Of a stretch of DNA of 64,000 nucleotides, positions 53,530-64,000 are shown piece after piece. Numbering within the stretch: the first letter of the stretch is position 1; every line of letters begins with the position of its first letter. The stretch is taken from positions 39,866,001 through 39,930,000 of the forward strand of contig NC_047022.1 of assembly GCF_902652985.1 (NCBI RefSeq), given 5' to 3'. The notes below the pieces were generated by a model, which worked only from the letters and a program-made list of their open reading frames with translations, was not told the DNA's origin and ran no database searches. The stretch is from Pecten maximus (Eukaryota). Position numbers and translations under genes: made by a program.

Positions 53530-55364
53530 TATGTAAAAATGCTGTACCGTTTTCGAGATATGTACGATTTTGTAGAATGCACCGGTACCCCTGTACATGA
53601 ATGTCATTCGTACTCGAGAGTGACATTCTTTATGGATCTTTTTCAAATTTCATATTAAGGTTTTCCTTAGTTGTGTATGTTCAACTTTGATCTAAACACG
53701 AGATGGCTGACAAGCAGAAAATCAACAAAGATACATGTATGCAGAGCGTTAACATTGCCGTTGAAATTCAGCTAAATGATTTCCTTTTAATCAAGAGTAC
53801 TTACCTCATAGGTCATTGTGACTACATACACATATAAACAAGTCTAAGGGAATATGACAAAGGGTTTCCTTATGAATGGCAGTAGATGAGTGAACAGATA
53901 ATGGGAGATTTTTATGAAATTTATTTTTCTTACTGATGAACCAATTGGTTTAAAGTGAATAAAAGAACTTGATTTATTCTACTGACCCGCACCTGTTTTA
54001 TATAATGAAAAATATTGGCAATTCAATAATTTTGTGAGGCATTGATATGTACAATGTATGAATTAAGGTAAGAATTGACTGGCACAATTAAAACCTTGAT
54101 AAATAGAATCAGTTGTAAAGTTAAAGTGATAAGAAAGTTTTTGAAATGGCCATTGTAACTATTAAATGTCAATCAATGGTAGACATTCACTTTAATAACG
54201 TTGGTTAATGTACGATGTTGGAACAATATTTTATACCTGCGTTTGGTCTAAACACAATGGTTATCACTTCATATTTCTCCTGTGATCATCATTTCATGTA
54301 AGAATTAGAAGTCAAATGAATATTGCCATGATTTCTGGAATAGTACTGTATTTGAGGTTGCTTCCCTTAGGCTGGATTTGACCACATTATGCTGTTTTAC
54401 ACAAAGTTCTGAAAGAGTTATTTTTCTTGGTCCATTTTGGTGTCTGTCAGTAACCGTCATTATATATATCATTAAACCTAAACCCAATTACAATCAATTA
54501 CATACTACTATGTGTAGAAAGAGATGAGGAAAAGCAAGCAAATACAAATCTCCAAAAATATAGATGTGTACAAACTCAGAAAACTTAATATAATAGCCTA
54601 CTGTATAGATTATGACCTCATCACTGTGGAATAGTTCGGAGTGGTATTTTACTACATTATGATCACAAGGAGGTAACACAAATTATTACACCTGAGTGTG
54701 ACTGTAACAGAAGGGGCTGATCACTATAATGTTACCTTTTATGGTGTGTGTTTTATTTCCCACACATTGTTACAGAAAGGTTACTGATATAGGGATATTC
54801 TACTACACCTTCCCCGCATTGACTTGACATTTTGTGTCACTGAAAATTATCTGAAAATACCTTTTGTGTCCATGAACACAGCTGCTTCAAGTAAAACCAT
54901 ATTCCAGTTATATAACAAATATTACAGCATATTCTAATATAATGTAGAACTTTAATTGTGATACACTTAAGACAGCATTGACATTTACATGATGTTTTTC
55001 ATGTATTTTCCTAATAGGAAAACCCATCCCCATGAAAATATTTTATCAATAAAAATGTATATATAAGAATCCATTGTCATTAAACTACACATGGTTTCTT
55101 GCTTTGACGATATACAATCTTTCCTCGGAAACCATAAAATCTCTAATGAGATACAGAAATATCCTTTTATATCCTATATACGATAAATTCTATCAATCTC
55201 TTTTAACGAATTCGACCATATAGCATATATTGGATATGGTCTTGTTTTCCCTTAGAAAACAGAACATGATAAAAAAAGTATGACAGCAACAGAACTAGAC
55301 AGTTTTGTCTCATGATCATGTGTATGACAGAAGAATCAGTGAATTTTAACAGTTTGTATGGTTA

Positions 55365-56945
55365 TCACATCTTGAGACAGGGGAATGTTGTCAACACCTG
55401 TATGTGACTTAAGACAGGGGAATGTTGTCACACCTGTAATTGACTTGAGACAGGGGAATGTTGTCACACCTGTATGTGACTTAAGACAGGGGAATGTTGT
55501 CACACCTGTAATTGACTTGAGACAGGGGAATGTTATCACACCTGTAATTGACTTAAGACGGGAATGTTGTCACACCTGTAATTGACTTGAGATGGGGAAT
55601 GTTGTCAACACCTGTATGTGACTTGAGACAGGGGAATGTTATCACACCTGTAATTGACTTGAGATGGGGAATGTTGTCAACACCTGTATGTGACTTGAGA
55701 CAGGGGAATGTTGTCACACCTGTATGTGACTTGAGACAGGGGAATGTTGTCACACCTGTAATTGACTTGAGACAGAGGAATGTTGTCACACCTGTATGTG
55801 ACTTGAGACAGGGGAATGTTGTCACACCTGTATGTGACTTGAGACAGAAGAATGTTGTCACACCTGTATGTGACTTGAGACAGGGGAATGTTGTCACACC
55901 TGTAATTGACTTGAGATAGGGAAATGTTGTCACACCTGTATGTGATTTGAGACAGGGGAATGTTGTCACACCTGTAATTGACTTAAGACAGGGGAATGTT
56001 GTCACACCTGTATGTGACTTGAGACAGGGGAATGTTGTCACACCTGTATGTGACTTGAGACAGGGAAATGTTGTCACACCTGTATGTGACTGAAACAGAA
56101 GAATGTTGTCACACCTGTATGTGACTTGAGACAGGGGAATGTTGTCACACCTGTAATTGACTTGAGATAGGGGAATGTTGTCACACCTGTATGTGACTTA
56201 AGACAGGGGAATATTGTCACACCTGTATGTGACTTGAGACAGGGGAATGTTGTCACACCTGAAATTGACTTAAGACAGGGGAATGTTGTCACACTTGTAT
56301 GTGATTTGAGACAGGGGAATATTGTCACACCTGTATGTGACTTGAGACAGGGGAATGTTGTCACACCTGTAATTGACTTAAGACAGGGGAATGTTGTCAC
56401 ACCTGTATGTGATTTGAGACAGAGGAATGTTGTCAAACCTGTATGTGACTTGAGACAGTGGAATGTTGTCACACCTGTATGTGACTTGAGACAGAAGAAT
56501 GTTGTCACACCTGTATGTGACTTGAGACAGAAGAATGTTGTCACACCTGTATGTGACAAACAATAATGTTGTCAAACCTGTATGTGACTGAAACTTGAAT
56601 ATTGTCACATCTGTATGTGACTGAAACAGGAATGATGTCGAACCAGTATGTGACTGAAACAGAGGAATGTTGTCAACACCTGTATGTGACAATCAAACAG
56701 GAATGTTGTCAACACCTGTATGTGACTGAAACAGAGGAATGTTGTCAACATCTGTAGGTGACCAAAACAGTAGGGGAATGTTGTCAACACCAGTATGTGA
56801 CCGAAACAGGAAATGCTGTTAACATCTGTAGGTGACCGAAACAGGGGAACATTGTCAAAACCAGTATGTGACAGTCAAAGAGGAATGTTGTTACATCTGT
56901 ATGTGACTGAAACAGAGGGATGTTGTCACACTTTTATGTGACTTA
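55365..56945. repeat. 36-bp minisatellite, ~43 copies, degenerating to the right
   Basis: gacttgagacaggggaatgttgtcacacctgtatgt. Confidence 0.95.
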
Positions 56946-57002
56946 AATTGAGACAGAGATTTTCACATATATGTCAAACATACAGAAGAAAGGTATCAGT
57001 TC

Positions 57003-57400
57003 TGTGTGTAGCTGATTCAGTAATGGTTTATAATGTATGACTGATGTTGTGTATAGCTGATTCAGTAATGGTTTATAATGTATGACTGATGTTTTGTGTA
57101 GCTGATTCAGTAATGGTTTATAATGTATGACTGATGTTGTGTGTAGCTGATTCAGTAATGGTTTATAATGTATGACTGGTGTTGTGTGTAGCTGATTCAG
57201 TAATGGTTTATAATGTATGACTGGTGTTGTGTGTAGCTGATTCAGTAATGGTTTATAATGTATGACTGGTGTTGTGTGTAGCTGATTCAGTAATGGTTTA
57301 TAATGTATGACTGGTGTTGTGTGTAGCTGATTCAGTAATAGTTTATAATGTATGACTGGTGTTGTGTGTAGCTGATTCAGTAATGGTTTATAATGTATGA
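57003..57400. repeat. 45-bp minisatellite, ~9 copies
   Basis: tgtgtgtagctgattcagtaatggtttataatgtatgactggtgt. Confidence 0.95.
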
Positions 57401-57864
57401 GTTATGTTTGTATAGAACCCTGAGATGATAATACACCTCTCCTGGCACAGTGTCTGTGTGAGGAAGAACCTTGTTATTTATCACGGATCGTGGATTGCGT
57501 CAGTCGATACTTTTGTGGCACTTTAGGATGTAAAGCTATGACATAAGTAGTCTAACTATATTTGGTCTATCTGTCAATAATTACCTCCCAGTTATAGCCT
57601 TGTGGTCATATCAATGGTATTTTTAGAAACTAATTAAATGTTATTGGATTAACATGGCAATTGTTACAAATTTTTATGGTTTTCAAGAAAATCCTCCCAC
57701 ACAGGAATGTGTACTCTGACAACCATCCACTAAGATGATGAAAATTGTACTTTGGGAATAGCCTTCAACAACAAGGACCATTGAGTTCTTGTTGAGATAG
57801 ACGCGACCAGGTTACATTACTGGTGAAGTCAGTTCCATATAAGATAGATGTGTTGTTATGATCA

Positions 57865-59290
57865 GTTATATAGAAGTTAGAGATCAGGTTATAGTTAATG
57901 TCAGATTTACAGAAGTTAGAGATCGGGTTATAGTTAATGTCAGTTTAACATAAGTTAGAGGTGAGGTTATAGTTAATGTCAGATTTACAGAAGTTAGAGA
58001 TCAGGTTATAGTTAATGTCAGATTTACAGAAGTTAGAGATCAGGTTATAGTTAATGTCAGATTTACAGAAGTTAGAGATCAGGTTATAGTTAATGTCAGA
58101 TTTACAGAAGTTAGAGATCAGGTTATAGTTAATGTCAGATTTACAGAAGTTAGAGATCGGGTTATAGTTAATGTCAGTTTAACATAAGTTAGAGGTGAGG
58201 TTATAGTTAATGTCAGATTTACAGAAGTTAGAGATCAGGTTATAGTTAATGTCAGATTTACAGAAGTTAGAGATCAGGTTATAGTTAATGTCAGATTTAC
58301 AGAAGTTAGAGATCAGGTTATAGTTAATGTCAGATTTACAGAAGTTAGAGATCAGGTTATAGTTAATGTCAGATTTACAGAAGTTAGAGATCAGGTTATA
58401 GTTAATGTCAGATTTACAGAAGTTAGAGATCAGGTTATAGTTTAAATGTCAGTTTTACATAAGTTAGAGGTTAGGTTATTTTTTGGCAGAATCTGTCTGC
58501 GTTTTTGCAGGTTCACGCTTTCAGCGTTCTGCCATTTTGTAGTGACTGTAAAACCCACTGTTGTATTGTGGGACTAATTTTCAGAGAAACTTGGACCGGC
58601 AGCCACAGCTACTATTTTTGGAAATTCACTGTATACTTTCATAAATACACATTTTCTTTCAGTTTCTGGTTCACGATAATCTGTTAGATATGTATCAAGT
58701 CCGAAAACTGTAAAAAAATGTAAACATTGAAATATGTTTCTTTGGGATTATGTGGCTTTAATGTCAGTTTAACATAAGTTAGAGGTGAGGTTATAGTTAA
58801 TGTCAGTTTAACATAAGTTAGAGGTGAGGTTATAGTTAATGTCAGTTTAACATAAGTTAGAGGTGAGGTTATTGTTAATGTCAGTTTAACATAAGTTAGA
58901 GGTGAGGTTATAGTTAATGTCAGTTTGACATAAGTTAGAAGTCAGGTTATAGTTAATGTCAGTTTGACATAAGTTAGAGGTGAGGTTATAGTTAATGTCA
59001 GATTTATAGAAGTTAGAGATGAGGTTATAGTTAATATCATGTCTACATAAGTTAGATGTGAGGTTATAGTTAATGTCAGTTTGACATAAGTTAGAGGTGA
59101 GGTTATAGTTAATGTCAGTTTGACATAAGTTAGAATTCCGGTTATAGTTAATGTCAGTTTTACATAAGTTAAAGGTCAGGTCATAGGTGATGTCATTTCT
59201 ATGTAAGAAAGAGATCAGGTTATAGCTGATGTCATTTCTATGTAAGAAAGAGATCAGGTTATAGCTGATGTTTAGTTCTACATAAGTTGG
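57865..59290. repeat. 39-bp minisatellite interrupted by a non-repeat insert (~58480-58760)
   Basis: gttatagttaatgtcagatttacagaagttagagatcag; the insert ends ...ggattatgtggctttaa (TE-end-like). Confidence 0.9.
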
Positions 59291-60315
59291 AGGGGGTCAG
59301 GTATCACTGCCTTAGATAGAGAAGGTCACCATGTAATTGATAGAAGGTCTTCTGTCATGACCTGATGATTGCCTATTCCCCTGTCTGTATCAACCGTCTC
59401 TAGTGGCATTATGTAACTCTGAGGGTCAAAACGAATCTGATCATCTGTCTGTATAACATTGCTTTGTAGGCCTGCTTTTGTCAACATTCTCCTGTACCTG
59501 TCAAGCACTATCAGGAATCTGATCTTGATGTCTGGCAACCTGCGCATAGGCTGCCTCCCGTTATTGGCTGCATATTGATTGTCTCACCTTGAGGCGTGCT
59601 CAGAGAGGTGTTCCAATAGATCTGACATGGCCGCATCACAAACAGGCCCAACACCTGACGTCCATGTTGGAGAGACTCGCATCAATACCGGCAAATTGAT
59701 TTGGATCAGATAAAAACCCATAAAAAGTTACATAAATCATTGCAAAAGATTCCTTTGTGTTGTTTCAGCAATTTAGATGTAGAGTATATTATAGTTTATT
59801 CGTAGATTTGATGCCATAATATAATTAGTATTGATAAGAGTTCATTGCTGTGAGTGTGGATATACGTATACGTATAAACTTATAGAATAAAAGTTTAATA
59901 ACTGCAAAGCAATTATATTTATGTGTATTTTGTAATTTGCCATTTTGTTATACACGAAAACCAAAGGTCACAAAAAAATGAATTATGATTCAAGGCAATT
60001 ACTCCTACAAATGAAGATAGAGATTTTTATCAACAATCTCTAACATTTTGAATCCAATGATATATTACATACAAACCCGACTGTACAGATGTGTTCAGTT
60101 CTGTACCATCTACAGATGTAATTGATTTCCCTTTATGTACAGACCTATATAAGGCAAAGTGACCCAGATTTCACTGTCACTTCATAACCAAGCATTGATA
60201 TTGAGTAAAGAACATGTGAATAGACTTTGGTATATTACAACCAGTGTATGATTTGAGTGCCACGTTTAGGTGACAACTCTGTCCATCAGACAAATGAACA
60301 GTGGATGAAGCACGA

Positions 60316-62027
60316 TGTACACTTACACAATCGCATACACATAACACCTTATAATAGGGGCCGCGGTGGCCGAGTGGTTAAGGTGTCCCGACACTTTAAC
60401 ACTAGCCCTCCACCTCTGGGTTGCGAGTTCGAAACGTACGTGGGGCAGTTGCCAGGTACTGACCGTAGGCCGGTGGTTTTTCTCCGGGTACTCCGGCTTT
60501 CCTCCACCTCCAAAACCTGGCACGTCCTTAAATGACCCTGGCTGTTAATAGGACGTTAAACAAAAACAAACCAAACCTTATAATAGACAGCATTGTACAC
60601 TTACACAATCACATACACATACAACCTTAGACAGCAATGTACACTTACACAACCTCATACACATAACACCTTAGACAGCAATGTACACTTACACAATCTC
60701 ATACACATAACACCTTAGACAGCAATGTACACTTACACAACCTCATACACATAACACCTTATAATAGACAGCATTGTACACTTACACAATCTCATACACA
60801 TAACACCTTAGACAGCAATGTTCACTTACACAACCTCATACACATAACACCTTAGACAGCAATGTACACTTACACAATCTCATACACATAACACCTTATA
60901 ACAGACAGCAATATACACTTACACAATCTCATACACATAACACCTTAGACAGCAATGTACACTTACACAATCTCATACACATACAACCTTAGTCAGCAAT
61001 GTACACTTACACAATCTCATACACATAACACCTTAGACAGTAATTTACACTTACACAATCTCATACACATACCACCTTAGACAGCATTGTACACTTACAC
61101 AATCTCATACACATAACACCTTAGACAGCATTGTACACTTACACAATCTCATACACATAACACATTAGACAGTAATTTACACTTACACAATCTCATACAC
61201 ATAACACCTTAGACAGTAATGTACACTTACACAACCTCATACACATACCACCTTAGACAGCATTGTACACTTACACAATCTCATACACATAACACCTTAG
61301 ACAGTAATGTACACTTACACAATCTCATACACATAACACCTTAGACAGTAATGTACACTTACACAACCTCATACACATAACACCTGAGACAGCAATGTAC
61401 ACTTACACAATCTCATACACATAACACCTTATAATAGACAGTAATGTACACTTACACAACCTCATACACATAACACCTGAGACAGTAATATACACTTACA
61501 CAATCTCATACACATAACACATTAGACAGTAATGTACACTTACACAATCTCATACACATAACACCTTAGTCAGTAATGTACACTTACACAACCTCATACA
61601 CATAACACCTTAGACAGCATTGTACACTTACACAATCTCATACACATAACACATTAGACAGTAATGTACACTTACACAATCTCATACACATACAACCTTA
61701 GACAGCATTGTACACTTACACAATCTCATACACATACCACCTTAGACAGTAATGTACACTTACACAATCTCATACACATAACACCTTAGACAGTAATGTA
61801 CACTTACACAACCTCATACACATAACACCTTAGACAGTAATGTACACTTACACAATCTCATACACATACCACCTTAGACAGTAATATACACTTACACAAT
61901 CTCATACACATAACACATTAGACAGTAATGTACACTTACACAATCTCATACACATAACACCTTAGACAGTAATGTACACTTACACAATCTCATACACATA
62001 CCACCTTAGACAGTAATATACACTTAC
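60316..62027. repeat. 44-bp minisatellite, ~33 copies, first unit split by a SINE
   Basis: tacacttacacaatctcatacacataacaccttagacagtaatg. Confidence 0.95.
60358..60575 (+). mobile_element. tRNA-derived V-SINE (same family as 43627-43846)
   Basis: A and B boxes, V-domain, tail; TSD ccttataatag at 60347-60357 and 60576-60586. Confidence 0.9.
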
Positions 62028-62429
62028 TGTCTTGGAGTACATGGTTGTGGATCTTTGATGTCCTTGGATCTTGTCTTAGAGTACATGGTTGTGGACCATT
62101 GATGTCCTTGAGCCCTGTCTTGGAGTACATGGTTCGGGACCAGAAGTATCATTAGACCCTGTCTTGGAGTATGTGGTTGTGAACCTTTGTCCCTGCCTTT
62201 GAGCACATGGTTGTGGACAATTGTTGTCCTTCAATACCTGCCTTATAATGAATTATGTACAAAAGAACTAGTTTAATCATGGATATTAAAAGGCCAAATC
62301 TTCCTATTGTTGAATTGATAACACTAATGTTTTAGGTAACAAAGTACCATTTTTGGGTGTGTATATTTCTGTCACAGATTTGACCTACTAGAGGTATATG
62401 CCAAAGGTATTTCCTTGGTGTTACTGCTG

Positions 62430-62625
62430 TCATGATGTATATCAGAGGTATAATGGTGGGCGGGTTGATTCCCTGATCAGATTTGAAAGGTACAGGACAC
62501 CTGCCTGACCACATGGGTTTTCTATCAGTACTCCGATTCCTTCTACATAGACAGGTCACCGCCCCTACACATCTTCATTCAAACCAACAAAATGATTGAT
62601 ATAAGTTGTATATAACTTCTTTCAT
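62430..62625 (+). mobile_element. Degenerate V-SINE of a second family (reverse-oriented relative at ~33660-33810)
   Basis: cacctgcctgaccacatgggttttct..gtactccgattcct; the reverse complement gtggtcaggcaggtg occurs at ~33764-33778. Confidence 0.5.
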
Positions 62626-62748
62626 AATTGTTTTAAAATACAACTGTATATAAAGTTTTTATTGTAATCAATGTTATATCTAATCTAATCAATGTTATGT
62701 CTATTTTCTATTTGTAGAGGTAACACAGACAACATCCCCTGACACACC

Positions 62749-62987
62749 ATGTATAACGGTATAGGTCTGGATACTGCCCGAGGTAGCGGAACCAATGGGT
62801 ATGTCCAGCGCAATTTGTCCTTTGTTCGCAAACACAAAGATCGAGTGGACTACAAGTCGGAGGAAGAACTGAAGAAGCTTGATCAGGCCCTACAAAAACC
62901 CCCTAATAAAGAGATCCTTGATCATGAAAGGAAGCGTAAGGTGGAGTTAAAGTGTATGGAGATGCAAGAACTGATGGAGGAACAAGG
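62749..62987 (+). CDS. SRRM2: SRRM2/CWC21-domain splicing factor, first coding exon (gene continues beyond the window)
   Basis: MYNGIGLDTARGSGTNGYVQRNLS...EILDHERKRKVELKCMEMQELMEEQG; acceptor at 62717, donor GG|GTACGT. Confidence 0.9.
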
Positions 62988-63383
62988 GTACGTAATTATC
63001 TCCCTTACCACTTCTCAAATCAGTGGAAACTATTAACAATCCAACAATACTTAACCTGCTGTGTGTAAGATTAATAGAATCTAACATGGGTCTGTGGACA
63101 GGGATATCTCAATCCGAGTGTAAGAGTTTGGCCAGTCACCACGAGGCTTGCCGAGTACTGGGCAGCCAAACTCTTACACAAGGGTTTATATATCCTTGTT
63201 CACAGAACAGACCTATGTTTGATTATTTTTCTCACATACTTGCTAGCGAAAGTAAGGTTTTCATCACGCCATATCTACAATCCTCTTTGGAATGTGTGTC
63301 AAAATTGATGACATCATCATTTACGACCTGGTTACTCAACGTAAAATGAAGCAGCATCATATAGTGCATGACAGCTGTCTTCT

Positions 63384-64000
63384 GATGTAAGGTAATCACT
63401 ATGACAACTGGTGTCCCATCAGATGATGTACGGTAATCAATGTCACAACTGGTTTCCCATCAGATGATGTATGTAAAGTAATCACTATGACAACTGGTGT
63501 CCCATCAGATGATGTAAAGTAATCACTATGACAACTGGTGTCCCATCAGATGATGTAAGGTAATCACTATGACAACTGGTTTCCCATCAGATGATGTACG
63601 GTAATCACTATGACAACTGGTGTCCCATCAGATGACGTAAGGTAATCACTATGACAACTGGTTTCCCATCAGATGATGTACGGTAATCATTATGACAACT
63701 GGTGTCCCATCAGATGATGTACGGTAATCACTATGACAACTGGTGTCCCATCAGATGATGTAAGGTAATCACTATCACAACTGGTGTCCCATCAGATGAT
63801 GTACGGTAATCACTATGACAACTGGTGTCCCATCAGATGATGTAAAGTAATCACTATGACAACTGGTGTCCCATCAGATGATGTAAGGTAATCACTATGA
63901 CAACTGGTTTCCCATCAGATGATGTACGGTAATCACTATGACAACTGGTGTCCCATCAGATGACGTAAGGTAATCACTATGACAACTGGTTTCCCATCAG
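63384..64000. repeat. 41-bp minisatellite running off the window end
   Basis: atcactatgacaactggtgtcccatcagatgatgtaaggta. Confidence 0.95.

Noticed and set aside
55336-56790. Cys/His repeat ORFs (TTFPCLKSHTGV) resembling zinc-finger linkers
   Set aside because: 36-bp satellite; no C2H2 spacing; frequent frameshifting indels.
60358-60450. tRNA gene
   Set aside because: The A and B boxes are followed by a V-domain and tail with a TSD, so it is a SINE head; the same applies to the copy at 43627-43846.
63030-63350. 108-aa ORF as a continuation of SRRM2
   Set aside because: It lies after the donor at 62987, has no RS or cwf21 similarity, and looks like an interspersed repeat that I could not classify.
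5045-64000. CRISPR-like interpretation of the 25-50-bp arrays
   Set aside because: Units are head-to-tail with no unique spacers, there are no cas genes, and the context is eukaryotic and spliceosomal.

Overview
AT-rich, intron-rich animal genomic DNA. The Helentron-type and V-SINE repeats suggest a bivalve mollusc, but that is an inference. Five protein-coding genes were rebuilt by hand from splice sites and reading frames: MPHOSPH9 (-, 130-18989, 18 coding exons, with an apparent frameshift near 16.4-16.5 kb and one GC-AG intron); MTRFR/C12orf65 (+, ~28134-30429, head-to-head with MPHOSPH9 as in human); NUDT6 (+, 32330-35756, first exon not found); RAD51D (-, 41172-49855, 9 exons, ~315 aa); and the first coding exon of SRRM2/CWC21 (+, 62749-62987). 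Introns and intergenic DNA hold about 20 minisatellites, several non-autonomous Helentrons, MITEs, tRNA-derived SINEs and an internally deleted Penelope-like element carrying a minimal hammerhead ribozyme. The most striking pattern is that at least five tandem arrays, in three different genes, are amplified copies of a real exon-intron junction (three donors, two acceptors). A sixth array copies a stop codon. At each of the five splice junctions, reading past the true site into the copies meets an in-frame stop. Most ORFs in the supplied track are repeat artefacts.
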